Below, in pieces: positions 28,773 through 49,923 of a stretch of DNA of 64,000 bases (position 1 is its first letter; every line of letters starts with the position of its first letter). The notes under the pieces were generated by a model. That model was not told the origin of the DNA and did not search any database. It worked only from the letters and a program-made list of their open reading frames with translations. Made by a program: the position numbers and the translations under genes. The stretch comes from Blastocystis sp. Blastoise (taxonomy: Eukaryota > Protista > Bigyra: Opalinata), in contig JBBPEB010000017.1 of the NCBI GenBank assembly GCA_039096225.1, positions 1 through 64,000 of the forward strand, given 5' to 3'.

Positions 28773-29817
28773 TTATTCAGGTTTTGTATAATGATAAAAA
28801 CGGCAAGAGCTATCAAATGTATTCTAAATATATATATGAATATTAATATATAGGATATAAATAATAAGAGTATATATAAGGAATTTAATAGACTATATAT
28901 ATACAGAGAGAAGCATAGTGATAGTCATGGGACCTACACCTCCAGGAACAGGAGTAATTAAAGAACATTTCTCTTTTACCTATATATATAATTATTATTA
29001 TAGAAGAATACTATCATCATAATAATCATAAAATAAAAATCATTATTATAATACTAGTATAATCATAATTATAATTATAAATAATCATAATATAAGTGAA
29101 TAATAAAAATAATCTATATATAAATATATATATATATACATCTTCAAAATCCACATCTCCAACGAGTTTATATCCTTTTTTACTGTTTGGGTCATCAATT
29201 GAATTTATACCTACGTCTATTACTACTGCTCCTATATATATATATATAATGAGAGGGATATATATATATATAGTGAGATGGAAATATGTATATATAGAGA
29301 GAGAAGAAAATATATTATATATATATACCTTCTTTAATCCATTCTTTCTTAACAAATTGTGGTTTTCCAATAGCAACTATTAAAATATCAGCCTATATAT
29401 ATATACATATATATAATGATTATATAATATCACTTATATATAATAACATATTTAAATAATAATAATATAGAAGTATATATACTTGTTTTGTAATATCTTG
29501 TTCATTCACAGTTTTCGAGTTGCAGACAGTGACCGTTGCATCGCGTTTCATAAGACTTAACGCTAATGGCATTCCTACAAGATTACTATATATATATAAG
29601 AATAGTGGCCAAAAGTCAATAGTAAAAACAAGATATAAACAATAATAATAATAATAATAATAATATATATATATATTAGAATAGTAACTAAAAGTCAATA
29701 TTAAAAACAAGACATAAACAATAATAATAATAATATATACATATATACCTTCTTCCCATAATAACTGCATGTTTTCCTTCAATTGGAACATGATAATAAT
29801 CTAATAAAGCTATGCAT

Positions 29818-29895
<78 letters not shown>

Positions 29896-30347
29896 AAATT
29901 ACGAATACATACTTTGGGTGTACATGCGACAAAAGGAGACTCACGCTTCTTCATAGCGATTTTACCAACATTTATAGGGTCTAATCCATCAACATCTTTC
30001 TCACTAGATATACTCTCAAGAATCTGAATTTCGTTGAGATGAGCTGGAATAGGTAATTGGACAAGAATACCATGAACATCATTGTTAGAATTCAATTCCT
30101 TAATTTGGCTTACCAATTCCTCTTGAGTGACATCTTCAGGAAACTCAAATGTGAATGCCTTCATACCAGCATTCTCACAAGCTCTCTTCTTCATACGAAC
30201 ATATGATTGAGAATCTTTACGATTTCCTACAAGAATCAACGCCAATCCTGGTACCTTTCCGAGAGTCTCATTCATTTTTGAGACATCATTCTTAATACTT
30301 TCTTTTATAGTATTGGCAACAAGAGTTCCATCAATTAAAGAAGACAT
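28773..30347 (-). CDS. folD: Bifunctional methylenetetrahydrofolate dehydrogenase/cyclohydrolase
   Basis: [55 protein letters not shown]. Confidence 0.95.
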
Positions 30348-30512
30348 TTTTCGTATATATCGTGTAAACATAAATAAATATAAATGAAAATCAATGTTCA
30401 TAAATGTTTTCTCTAATTGTTTCCCTTATTGTTTTTTCAATTTTTAATTTCAAACACATATCTTTTAATATATACATTATAAATTAATTATAAAATAATC
30501 TTTGATGTCAAC

Positions 30513-34559
<4,047 letters not shown>

Positions 34560-35174
34560 ACCCAAGTATCATTTTCACTTTTTATTCGTTTTTTTCTTAT
34601 TCTAAATTGAAATTGCAAAAATATCATGTATTGTTATATAATATTTTCTATAGTTTCTTTTTTCTCTTTAAATTAACTTTTTTTTTTTCTTTTCTAATTA
34701 ATTCAGCTTTTTCTTTATATACTACTTTTTACTTTTCATTCTTAAAAAGTATTGTTAATTTACCTTGTTGTTGATTTATCTATTTATTCTACACTTTATA
34801 AAATACTATGTTGCTTTTTAAAAACTGAAATTTCAGAATAGAATACACATTATCAAATGACTGCACCTAAAGTCCTCTTAACACTAGCAAACACAATTCG
34901 CATATAATCGTAAATGAGACACAATACTATTAAACTGTATGATCCATGTGTTCAAACAATACAAGAAATAAAAAAGGATGAAGAAAACTGGCTTTCATGT
35001 GTTTTTTGATATTCATGAAAATCTATTCAAAATGTTCGTCAATCATAATAATTTCATGTTTATAAAAAAAGTGGATAGTCAGTGCGGATTCTTTTTGAAT
35101 AAGAAATAAAAACTATTCTTTAATCAAAGTTTTATTAAATCTACAATACATATTTTATTTATTCACGTATAACG

Positions 35175-36746
35175 ATGTGTGGTTGTTGTTCGCTTCCATG
35201 TTTCTTGTGTTCTCAGATCAATAAGAGAGCTACAAACTTTTCTTACTTATCCTATTTAGTTGTTACTGTTATTTTATGCATTATATTTCAATGTTTACCT
35301 GAAAATGATGTATATATTAAATATTTATATTCTTATTCGTTTTATATATCCATTGAATATGGATTTCGTTTTTGTTTTATTACTTATTTTATCTTATTTT
35401 TTAGGTTGTTAACAGTGGATTAATGGCTGTATTTGGATACAAAGGTATTCAGCTTGTTTATAGAGTTAGTCTTGGTAGTTGTTTATCCTTTGTTGTCATG
35501 TCTCTTTTAACTTGTGCTTTCCCTTTCTTACATCATGTTTGTGTTTTCCTCTTTACTGTTATATATGTTGTTTTTGTTGCTGTTTGTTTATGGGCATTCA
35601 AATCAGAAACTTTCATATACACCTATCGTTCCATTGCTAAATGGATTTCTGTTGTCTATTTAGTAATTCAATTAGGAACCATTATTGATATGTCTTATAT
35701 CTTCCATGATATGTTAGATCATGCTATTTCTGATTATGAAGTATGTTGTTAGTAGTTTTTTTTTTTTTTTTGTAAATTAATATTTTTGTGTTGTATTATT
35801 ATTTTATTTATATATAGAAACGTAAAGGTTATAGAGAAGGTGAAAGTCCAGTTTGTGCGAATCAATATAAATTGTTCTATTTAGTTATTTCTTTCCTTCT
35901 CTTCCTTGGATCCTTAGCATTTAATATTTCATTTTACTTCATCTTCTCATCTGCTGAAGCTGGTATTTCTGGTTTATATGTATTATTTATTAGTATCAGC
36001 TTAATACTTGGAATTGTTATTTTGGTTGTTAGTATTGTCAGTCCAAATCCCGCGGGATTCCTTCCTCCTTCTATCACATATGCTTCTGTCACATTATATC
36101 TATATATTGCTCTTCTTTCGAATCCTGATAAAACTATGAATCCCCTTAGTAACGTTTCTTGGATATGGATTGAAATCTTATGTATTATCGTGTGTTTATT
36201 ATTAGCTGCTTATTATTCCTTTAGAATACAACCTGCTTATACAGATGAAACTCTATCTAAAGTATGTATATATATATATATACTTGTTTTGTTTATTATT
36301 ATTATATTTATTATTATTATATTTATTATTATTATATTTTTTTATTATATTTATTATTATTAAACTTATTATTATTAAACTTATTATTATTATATAGACT
36401 AAAGATGCTGAAGTTGGTAAGACTAAAATCAGTGTTCAAGCTGAAGGTATATAACTATATATACATATAACTATATATATGTTAATATAACTATATATTC
36501 AAATTCTCTTTAGATTCTCGTTTACCTGCTTTATATCATTTAAGTAATGCCTTATTAAGTGTATATATTGGTATATTAACTAGTTTCTGGTATGAAGGGG
36601 ATATCACCATTTTCCCCGCGATTACTAATGAATTCATGTCTACTTCAATCTTCTGGATCTATAGTATTTCTGTTTGGGTCGGATTTGCTATTTATTTCTG
36701 GACACTTATCGCTCCTTTTATTATGAAAAATAGAGATTTTAGTTAA
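35175..36746 (+). CDS. Serine incorporator (Serinc/TMS1) family multipass membrane protein
   Basis: Cys-rich N-terminus MCGCCSLPC, LVYRVSLG, IQLGTIIDMSY, GFLPPS, C-terminus WTLIAPFIMKNRDFS*. Confidence 0.88.
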
Positions 36747-37194
36747 GTTATATATATATATAATAATAATAATATCTCTATCACACTTTCTATATCATCA
36801 TATATTATATTATTTATATATATGCTTCTTTAAAATGCAACTCTTTTTTCTTTGTATATTATATTATAGTAATATATAATATACATCCCTTCTAAATTCA
36901 TTTTTTTTTATTTATATTTTGTTATCTTTTATTATCAACTTCACTCGTACATAATAGAAATTATAAATTAATTTAGTATATATTTAAGCAATAAAATGAG
37001 TTCTATAAAAAATACATATTGTATAATAAAAAAAGAATTGTTCCATAATACTTAACAAATAAAACTTTAAATTAATCTATTTTTATATATTACACATATG
37101 TATTAAGTTTAAAAAATAGAAAATAGTCATTTTAAACAAAACAAAGAATAGTACTATAAATATAGTAAGCAACTAGAAATAAAATAGAAAATGT

Positions 37195-37601
37195 TTAGTT
37201 TTCTATAGCTAAATCGGGTTCAACCATAAAATTACCGCGGGATTCAACGCAAGCCTTTTTAGCATCCTTTTCATTAAATAAGATCTTGCAAATAGCATTA
37301 ATCTTACAAGAATCCTTGCAAGAACCTATATATAAATGAATATTAATAATTAGTAACTATATATTATTGATATGTATATATATTGGTAAATATAAAATGT
37401 ATATAATATATAATATATATATACCTCTTTCATATCTACCAACATGATAATGTGTCATATAATCTTGGAATAATTCGTCGTCATCGAACATTCTATTGGC
37501 CCATTCAATAACGGAAACAGGGGATAAATCCTTAAGTTTCATGGCATCAACTAGAATATAAATATATATATTTATTGTTTTGAATAATAGTATATAAAAA
37601 A

Positions 37602-37667
<66 letters not shown>

Positions 37668-39482
37668 GAGCATTAAAGTAAGGAGTCCAGTAGAACTTAT
37701 TTTCTTTATTCATTCTGTTAAAATCACCTTCCCAAGATACAAAATTAGTAATATCCTTAGTTCTATATGAATAAAGGATAATATAAAATAATATTGAATA
37801 TATATAATAATAATATAGAATATAATAAGTTCATAATAATCATTTATTATTATATATTATATATACTCATCATCATAAGTATATAATTTAGCACCAGGAT
37901 TGTTACCGCCATATCCTTCGAGGGCAGCAGTGACAAAGTTAACGGAAAGAGGGGTCTTTTCTTCATTATGAACATCACGAACAACGTAGAACTATGAAAA
38001 ACAATATATATAAATATAATAGTAAATATATATATTATAAATATAATTGTGAAGATAATAATATAAATATAATTGTGAATATAATAATATAAATATAATT
38101 GTGAATATAATAATATAAATATAATTGTGAATATAATAATATAAATATAATTGTGAATATAATAATATAAATATAATTGTGAATATATATACTTCATCAA
38201 CATGAGTATGACCAGAGAAAGTGGCACGAACAACATCCTTATATTCAGCCATTAATTCAGAATACATTATATTATATTTATTAAATACAGAAGATCCTAT
38301 ATAATTAATAATAGATAATAATAGATAATAAATAATAATAAATAATAATAAATAATAATAAATAATAATAAATAATAATATATAATAATATATAATAATA
38401 TATAATAATATATAATAATATATAATAATATATAATAATATATAATAATATATAATAATATATAATAATATATAATAATATATAATAATATATAATAATA
38501 TATAATAATATATAATAATATATAATAATATATAATAATATATAATAATATATAATAATATATAATAATATATAATAATATATAATAATATATAATAATA
38601 TATAATAATATATAATAATATATAATAATATATAATAATATATAATAATATATAATAATATATAATAATATATAATAATATATAATAATATATAATAATA
38701 TATAATAATATATAATAATATATAATAATATATAATAATATATAATAATATATAATAATATATAATAATATATAATAATATATAATAATATATAATAATA
38801 TATAATAATATATAATAATATATAATAATATATAATAATAAATAATAATATATATACCAGTAGGAATATGAGCGAGAACCCAAACAGTTTCATTATTTTG
38901 TCTAGAGTATTCTAACCATTGTTTTAAGAAAGCATTCTATATATATAAATTCACATAAATATTAATAGTATAGTATTATATACTAATACTATAATTAGTT
39001 TAAAATAAAATAAAATTATATATATATATATATGTATATATACTTGATCAGCAGGATCTTCAAGAGGTTCAACTTCAGTATTCGTAGTATATTCCCATAA
39101 ACAATTTAATACAATAACTCTCCATTTATCAGCAACCTTTATATATCATATTTAATATAATATATATCATATTTAATATTATATTAATATACATAATATA
39201 GTATGAATAAATATAGAAAATAAATAAATATATACAAGTTTAGTATAATAACCACCTTTTTTAACGTTTTCAACTTGTTCAGAAGGAACCCAACTCTATA
39301 TATATATAATATATTTAGTATACCCAATAATAAATATAATAAAATAACATACATCCCAGAATTCAGCCATAGGATAAGTCATCCATGTGTTATTAGGGGG
39401 GGTAAGCATGTGACCTTCAGGATAAGTATCATGATTACCAAAGGTAGGAACAATACTATATATAAATAAATGAATAAATGAA

Positions 39483-39517
<35 letters not shown>

Positions 39518-40134
39518 AATAAATAAAATAAATAAAATAAATAAAATAAAATAAAATAAAATAAATAAATATAGAAATAAATAAATAAATAAATAAATAT
39601 TCATATTTATTCAAATATATATATATATACATATAATCATTAAAGATTTCTTTGACAAGACCAAAAACACTCTTAGAAGCATGAAGATTAATTTCTTGAG
39701 ATTGTCTAGATTTAGAACCATGAATAGCTTCATCACCAGTAACCATAATCCAATCAGGTTTTTCACTAGGATTTGTATCAAAATAATGTCTAAACCATCT
39801 CATAGATTCTTCAATAAAAGCAGGACTATTATCACAATTATCATCACCCCATTTGCCAGCAACTCCTATAATATATAAACAATGAAAATTAATAATTTTT
39901 CTATATTACTATTTTATCATAATGAAATAAATGTAATATTTAAAAAAAGAATAATAAAAACATACTAGTTCCATTTTGAACACTATCAGGTCTACAACAA
40001 GGTTTTTGAGCACAAGAAGCAGGAGCGCCAACAGTATATTTTTCTTCCATGTGAATATCGGTCATATGGAATACCTTATAAGATTTAGCAAAAGCAATAG
40101 CAACAAAGAAGAGAATAAGTAAAGTAGTTCTCAT
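37195..40134 (-). CDS. Acid sphingomyelinase-like metallophosphoesterase (SMPD1/SMPDL3 family), secreted
   Basis: Signal peptide; TDIH, CD, TGDEAIH, FGNHD, SHIP, FSGHTHVDE, NPG. Confidence 0.9.
38030..38186. repeat. Intronic 26-bp minisatellite (ATAATTGTGAATATAATAATATAAAT)
   Basis: About 5-6 tandem copies. Confidence 0.85.
38321..38852. repeat. Intronic 10-bp tandem array (TATAATAATA)n, about 50 copies
   Basis: Seen directly; makes up nearly the whole intron. Confidence 0.95.
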
Positions 40135-40912
40135 GATATTAAAAGCAAATAAAATATGAACTTGAAGAATAGATTAAAAAAAGAGAAAAAAACCTTCATT
40201 GGAGAACCTCTTCATGATGAAACTAAAATACGATTCTATTGGATATACATGTCAGATTATCCAATCAAAGCAATTATTTTGAATCTTCAACAGAAATGAA
40301 TCTCACTTTTTGTATTCTTTGAATCTTCAATCATTATTAAGGTAACATGATAATTAATTTACTATTCATATAGTTGAATCTTTCCACTAGTAAGTCACTC
40401 ATTGCTTAGACAATCATTTTTCATCATTTTTATCATTTACTATTACTTTGATAATCTCAATTATTACCCTTGTTTACAAATTAATGAAATGAAGTTGAAT
40501 TATTATGATAAGTTAAATTGATGAAATCCACAAAGTTTCATCATTTTTAAAAATGACAACCTGTTAAATATCTAACATCTTTTGTGAAACCAATGCTGTA
40601 AACCATTTAATATTTTATTAAATGATTTTTTTTATTAAGTTTTCAGAATAATTTAAATTTACAAAAATGGCATCATTTTTGTAAAAGAAAATATTTAGAT
40701 AGTCCAAGATAAACATAGATGAATATCGTTGTTCTATTTGTAAATAAATGTTTTTCATTTTTAATGATTTACACTTTGTTTTATTAAAAAATGAAATAAA
40801 AAAAAAGAGAGAACAAACAACCATTAGTATATTACAATTAGAAATATTTGAATTCGTAATAAAATGATAATAAATAGTATAATAAAAAAAATAACTGTTT
40901 TGTTTTCTTTGT

Positions 40913-41386
40913 TTAATCCATACGAGTTTTTAGTTTTCGTTCAATAATTTGATCCTTCGTAATAATCCAAACAATAGCACCCCAACCACTATAAGCATCT
41001 CTATCTACAGAAGCTAATAATACTTGAGAAATTACTTCAAATAATTCCTCAGGATTCATATCCTCTTTATATCTATATATATTATATTTATATTTATTTA
41101 ACAATATATATATAAATAGATATTAATGCATAGATAGAAATATAACATATGTCATAATACACAATACTATATATAGCTATTTAAAAAAAGAATTATTTTT
41201 TTAATTATATTAAAAAAGAGAATAATATATAACTATAAAAATTCGAAAATATTAATATATATAGATCAACATACAAAGCTTCACAAGTACCAAGCATGTT
41301 ATCCGTACAAGTACCTGCAACGGCATAACTAGTTTCATTCATACCAGCACCAGATGTATCTAAAGAATTCAAATAAGGAATATTAT

Positions 41387-41422
<36 letters not shown>

Positions 41423-41933
41423 TATATTATGAAACTAGAAGAATTCTATATAAAAATAAGAAAAAATAAAAAGTATAATGAACATAATACAAGAGAATAG
41501 AAAAAGATTGATATATTAAAGAATAGAAAAAGATTGAATATATTAAAGAAAAAAATATTTGAATACTTAAAATAGAACAATTATATACTTTATCTAAACC
41601 AGCAATTACAGGTTCAATGAAATAAGGAGCAAATCGTTTAGCATATAATTTATCTTGTATAAGAGCAGTAAATGCTTTTGGAGAAATATCTCTATGTTCT
41701 CTTAATTTATATAGATTAACCTCATATTTCAAGACTTGTGAGAAAGTTTGAGCATCTGTAGCCAAACCAGAAAAGCCAACAAAGAGATGATCTCCCATTT
41801 GATATACTTTTTTGAAATTCATATCTACAGTTTCATATTGTGCACCTAAACGAAGATCGCAAGCAATAGCGATGCATTCCTTTCCCTTCATAGCAAGAAC
41901 TGCACCACCATTATATTCCATCAAATCACTCAT
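40913..41933 (-). CDS. PSMB3: 20S proteasome subunit beta 3
   Basis: MEYNGGAVLAMKGKECIAIACDLRLG, GLATD, RFAPYFIEPVIAGLD, VDRDAYSGWG, LKTRMD*. Confidence 0.97.
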
Positions 41934-42442
41934 TTCTATAAATAACAAAAATTATTATTAAAATCAATTGATATGACGTTTTTTCAGCAATATTGAACAT
42001 ACTTTATTCTTATATAATAAAATAGAAATCACAATTATAAATAGAAGTTTGTAAAAAATAAAAAGAAACTTCTCTTGAAACAAAAACTAATTTCAGAAAA
42101 TAGTTCGTAATAATCATGATTCTCGTCTTGTATGCGCCAAATCCCATAGAATGTTCTCCCTTTATATAGAATTTGTTCTATACAATAAATACATATACAT
42201 TATTCTAGTCTTTTTCTTTAACGAAATTCCCGTGAGAATTCAGAAAAAAATAGAAATACAAGAAGAAGTGTGTATAGTAATCAGTCAATCAGGTATACAG
42301 AAAGTATACTATTCATAGGATATATACATATATGGATTTTTATATAAGGAAAAAGTATAGAGAATGGTGAATAGCAATTCCCACCTTTTTATATATATAA
42401 ATTATTATTTATTCTTTTTTTTAATTTTTTAAATTTAAAATC

Positions 42443-43593
42443 ATGAGTTCTGAATCAGAAAGTGAAAGCAACACCACTTTAAGTGATGAAACTATTAGTG
42501 AAGCTATCAAGGAGTTATTAGAAGCCGCTCATTATGAAAATTTGACTCCTCGTATCATCCGTACCGATTTAGAAAAGAAGTATCACTGCAGTTTAATTGA
42601 AAAGAAACAATTCATTAAGACTCAAATCACTCAATTCTTAAAGGAATACAAACAAAAGCTTGCTGCTCAAACTACTAAAGCTAAGAAGGAACCAAAGGAA
42701 AAGAAATCCAAGAAGGAAAAAAAGGCTGCTAAAACTGAAGAAGATGATGAAGAAGAAGAAGAAAAGACCAAGGAAAAGACTAGATCCTTAACTGTTTGTA
42801 AGATTAGTGATAAACTTGCTGCCGTTTTAGGTGAAACTGAACTTCCTAGACCTTCTGTATGTTATTCTCTTATTATTTTTCTTATTTTTTCTTCATAATT
42901 ATAATTGTTTATATATATATATATAGGTTGTTAGTGCTCTTTGGAAATACATCCATGGTCATGATTTACAAGATAAAGAAAATAAGAGACAAATTAACTT
43001 TGATGATACCCTTAAGAGTGTATTTAATTGTGATAATGCTACTATCTTCTCTATTAATCAATTATTAAATGATCACTTAACTCCTACTGATAAGAAAGTT
43101 GAAGTTGTTAATAAGACTAAGAAGGCTCCTAAAGAAAAGAAAACAAAGAAAACAAAGGCTGTTGAATATGATGAAAATGGTGAAAAGATTGTTAGACGTA
43201 TGTTCTTTTTTATTATTATTATTTTTTTTTTTTTTTTTAATTTTATTAATTATCTGTTTTAATAAATATATATATTTATCTTTTTATTATTATTATTCAT
43301 AATATCTTTTATCATCATTTATCGACATACAATTCTTTATAGCTAATGGTTTAACTAGACCTCTTCCTTTATCTCCTGAATTAGCTGAATTTGTTGGTGA
43401 AAGTGAAATGTCTAGACCTCAAGTTGTTAAACACATTTGGCAATACATCAAGGAAAATAAGCTTCAAGATCCTTCTGATGGTAGAAAGATTAATTGCGAT
43501 GATAAATTAACTGCTTTATTAGGAGAACGTAATGTTAGTGCTTTCAAAATGAATACTTTCTTAAGCCGTCATTTCATTAAAAACCAAAATTAA
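42443..43593 (+). CDS. DEK-C + two SWIB/MDM2 domains (UAF30/Tri1-like)
   Basis: DEK-C region LTPRIIRTDLEKKY; SWIB motifs RPS|VVSALWKYIHGHDLQD and SRPQVVKHIWQYIKENKLQDP. Confidence 0.9.
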
Positions 43594-44574
43594 AATTATC
43601 TTTAGTGATTTTTTCGTCTATTCTAGCTCTTGTATTTTTTCATATTCGTCATTTGCATATGTATTTTTATATATTTATGTTTCATTTGTTTTGTATATCG
43701 TTGAATTCATCAAAAGAAATTTTACTCTATCTACACTCTTTTTTTTTTTTTTTTTTTGAAAAGTAACTTTATTTCAGTCCACTTGTGATATCTATTCATT
43801 GATATTATACCTGAATTGTTTATGCTTTTAGTATTAGTTATTCCATACACAGTTGATTGATTTTTCAAAATTGATCAAGTCACAATCATCCTCTATTTCT
43901 TCAGCATATGTTCAACTCTTTATTCAATATCCATATACATTATTCGTTATATTTAAAATTATTTAAACATAACATAATAATCTAAAAGCAACACTATTTT
44001 TTCACTTAATTTGTGAATTTTATTATTTACATCACATGCAGCAATTTATATAGTTCTGACATGAATTGTTACATATTATATTTTGAGAGGCATCAACAAT
44101 TACTCTTTAATTCTCTGATAGAGTCATAATTATAAATGGTATTACACTGAAAAACTTTTTTGTAATGTAAAATATAATAAAAGAATAAATCAGTTACAAA
44201 GAAATCAAAAGCAAAAATAATTTAAAAATTCAACTATAATTATCTAATAATTTTATAACAAAAATTTGAAAATGAGTTTTCTTTTATTTATTGGAAGAAA
44301 CATCACTAATTTTCATTTTTAAATAGCTTTTAAATATATTTTGATTCAATGATAATAATGCTCACATTCTTATTATAATACATTTGCATTTGTTACATAA
44401 TTATTTAACAATGTATTTTCGTTTTTGTTTTAGAATGATGACTCTTATGTATATGTGTTCAACAATAATGATAATACTATATATTTTATACTGCTGCTTT
44501 TATTTATCAAAATAAATGAATAAATGTAAATGATTCTACGATCATAATGACACCAGAAAACATATATTTCATAA

Positions 44575-44647
44575 GCCTCGATAGCTCAGTCGGGAGAGCG
44601 TATGACTGAAGATCATAAGGTCCCTGGTTCGATCCCGGGTCAAGGCG
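44575..44647 (+). tRNA. trnF: tRNA-Phe (GAA)
   Basis: Cloverleaf: D arm GCTC/GAGC, anticodon arm TATGA-CTGAAGA-TCATA, T arm CCTGG-TTCGATC-CCGGG; T-rich Pol III terminator follows. Confidence 0.93.
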
Positions 44648-45716
44648 ATTTCTTTTTATCATTTTTGGTTTTTAATTTTTTTTTATAAATGACATGCAAT
44701 AAATACTATAAACTAGTTATAATGAATAGTTATACTTATATATAAATTTGAATTTGCATTTATAATACAATAAAAGCCAAATCAGAGTCAATAAACCATT
44801 ATTGAAATATAGAAGAATAAACTATAAAATAGAGGCAATACAAGCTGCATATTGACTTGTAGGAACATATTTAATACCATTGATACCTTATAAGCGATTT
44901 ATAAATTGAATTCTGTCTTGGGCTTTTTACGTTGATTATTTGAGGTCTATAACTATTAAATGACTCAATGATTTAATTTCATGCGTCTGTGTACATAATT
45001 ACATGATCTAAGAAATAAATAAAATATATCTTTTCTCTTTTTTTATAGTGTTTTTCTTGATGATCAAAAAAAAGATCCAGTTGAAAAATATTCATAATTA
45101 TTTCCGAATTAACAAGTTAATTATTTTTTTTTCCCACGAATTACACTAGAAAAGTGGAATCTAAACATAGAAACATTTTTATATATGGCTCTGTGTTTTT
45201 TCCGTGATTAATCGATGTGGGAAATAATTTTATTTGGATGAAATGTCACTTTTGATATAGGGAAAGATAACTTTCTAGGGATTAAAAATAGTCTTTGCTT
45301 CTGTTTGATTTGAAGATTCATATATAATTATGGGAATATAGAAATATTAAGGGAGATAATAATGTGTCCCCATATTGACAAATGTACGTGATTATTGGAT
45401 AATTGATCAAACTATTGCTTTTGATTTGTTTATGGTTTATATCCATGTGTTTCTCATTAATGACTTCTATTTGACCAATAGTTCTCATTAATATTAATGC
45501 AATATTAATTTTTTCATTTTATTCGTTTTTGGAAACCAATCAAATTGACTGGAATCAACAAGGGTAAAGACGACCCTACTAATTCCCTACTAAGAAAGAT
45601 AAATAGTATCAACTAAGGAATGAGGTAATTATTCATTGTTAAGAGTTCTTTACTGACATCTCTTTGAAGGATATATTTGCTTTCGGAATTAATAACTCAT
45701 TGTGTAAAAATTAAAT

Positions 45717-47029
45717 ATGAATTGGAGTGCAGGTGCTGGAACGATGATGACTTCTATGGAACAATTTATGAACTCTGTATTTGTTTTTTTATATACATAT
45801 ATCTTAGTTGAAATTATATATATATATTATGTAGGCAAAAACGAATCAATCAGATGGTATTTACTATGATCATTCTTCATTTTTTATTTTATATATTTTT
45901 TTAGATCAATATAGTGATTCTTCTGATTCAATAAGTTTATATTCAGAGTAAAAATCTTATTATCATTCATTAATTTCATCCAATGTTATTAATTTCTTTC
46001 TTTTAGTGGTGAACCTTGGATAGATTACTTTTGTGGACAAAGGGGAAATGAATATCTTGCTCAAATTGATGATATGTTTATACGAGATGCATTTAATTTA
46101 TATGGATTAAGTACTGAAGTTCCTCATTACGATGAAGCTATTCGACGTATTCTTGAAGATGAATATGAATCGAACTCAGGTATTTTAATAATTAAAAAAG
46201 TTTTTTTTTAATTTTATATATTATTTTTTTGAATCTACTATTATATATATATATATGAATGTTATGTATGTTAAGTATTATAGTTATTATATATATTTTT
46301 TCTACAATTTAATTATATCTTTTATGAATCTTAATGATCCATTATTTATTAGAGTAGTCTATATAATAGATATTTAATTATTTATTTACTCTATTTGTAT
46401 TTTTATGGTATATTTGTTCATTTCTCTATTCTTATTGCTTATGTTTCCCTACCTTTAGAGTCTGAGGAGGAGGATCATGAGATCGAAGAGAGTGCCGAAT
46501 TACTTTACGGTCTTATTCACGCTCGATATATTCTTACGGGCAGAGGCCTAGAAGATATAGTATGAATTATAACTATTGTAATTTATTATTGTTATAGTTT
46601 TTATTGCTATTATTGTTATAGTTTTTATTGCTATTATTGTTATAGTTTATATTGCTATTATTGTTATAGTTTATATTGCTATTATTGTTATAGTTTATAT
46701 TGCTATTATTGTTATAGTTTTTATTGCTATTATTGTTATTATATTTATTATATATTAGATTTATTATACTAATAATAATACATATATTTCTAATTCTATA
46801 GTATCAGAAGTTTAAAGAGGGTGTTTATGGTTGTTGCCCTCGTGTTTGCTGTCAAAAACAACACCTGATTCCCGCGGGGCAGGATGATGCTCCGGGAATT
46901 GACCCCGTGAAAGTATTCTGCCCTCGTTGCAAAGAGTTATATTATCCTTCCGATCCTAGAGTAGCATGTATATATATATATATATTATTATTATTGATCA
47001 TGATATAATGATATATATATAATAATTAT

Positions 47030-47109
<80 letters not shown>

Positions 47110-47147
47110 GAATATATAATAATAATAATAATAATAATAAGAATAAT

Positions 47148-47196
<49 letters not shown>

Positions 47197-47324
47197 TATG
47201 GATGGAGCTTTCTTCGGAACTACTTTCGCTCATATGTTTATCCTTTCCTACCCGGAGTGTACTTCTCTCCTCCCCAAGACATACACACCCACTATATATG
47301 GATTCAAAATACATCCTACTAGGT

Positions 47325-47417
<93 letters not shown>

Positions 47418-47470
47418 CTTATTATCATCCTGAAAAACAAGGCCCTCCTGCTTCATCTATGTCTGATAAT

Positions 47471-47473
<3 letters not shown>
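45717..47473 (+). CDS. CSNK2B: Casein kinase II regulatory subunit beta
   Basis: [33 protein letters not shown], zinc finger [30 protein letters not shown]. Confidence 0.95.
46585..46740. repeat. Intronic 24-bp minisatellite (TATTGTTATAGTTTWTATTGCTAT)
   Basis: About 6 tandem copies. Confidence 0.85.
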
Positions 47474-47517
<44 letters not shown>

Positions 47518-48003
47518 CATTTATTTAGATATATATTAAACATTTATTTTGTTTTATTTCTCTTTTCTTATTATAATAATATATATTTCTATTGTATATT
47601 TCATAAAAGTTTTTCGAATTTTTCTGTATATAACTCTATTGTCATATTTGATGTATTCTTATTCAATATCCTATATATAACTATTTCTTTTTGTTCATTA
47701 TAAGTTTTAACATTCTTATATTTATATTGTTTTGTTTTTAATTTATGAATGTTAAAGAATAAATCACTTTTTATATACTGGGGTGTTGAATCTTCATTGA
47801 AATATATATAATGATAAATATATATATTATATATATATAATATGGATATGATCATTATTATAGAGTAAAGACATATAATTCATAGATATATATGCATTTT
47901 ATAAATATATTAATAGAAAAGAATTATTTGAAGAGAAGAATATAAACACTATTACAGTCATCTATGAAAAAACAAAACACATAGGGTAATATATATAGTA
48001 TTT

Positions 48004-49729
<1,726 letters not shown>

Positions 49730-49923
49730 TTCTTTTTTTCAATTTTTCTTTGACTTTTTTTATTTAAATTCCTCTTTTTTTAGAATTTCTAATTCTTATT
49801 ATTTTCGGTATACATATTCTCCTTGTATCTATAATATATACTCTCTCTATGCTATTATATACTAGTAATAAAAGATCATTAGGCCACTTTTTATGCAATA
49901 ATTGAATTTACTACTTTAATTTA

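Noticed and set aside
38297-38893. ORFs made of I/Y/L/N repeats (also 26900, 27538, 33799, 46991, 56295 and others)
   Set aside because: These are translations of intronic microsatellites or antisense/off-frame shadows of real exons.
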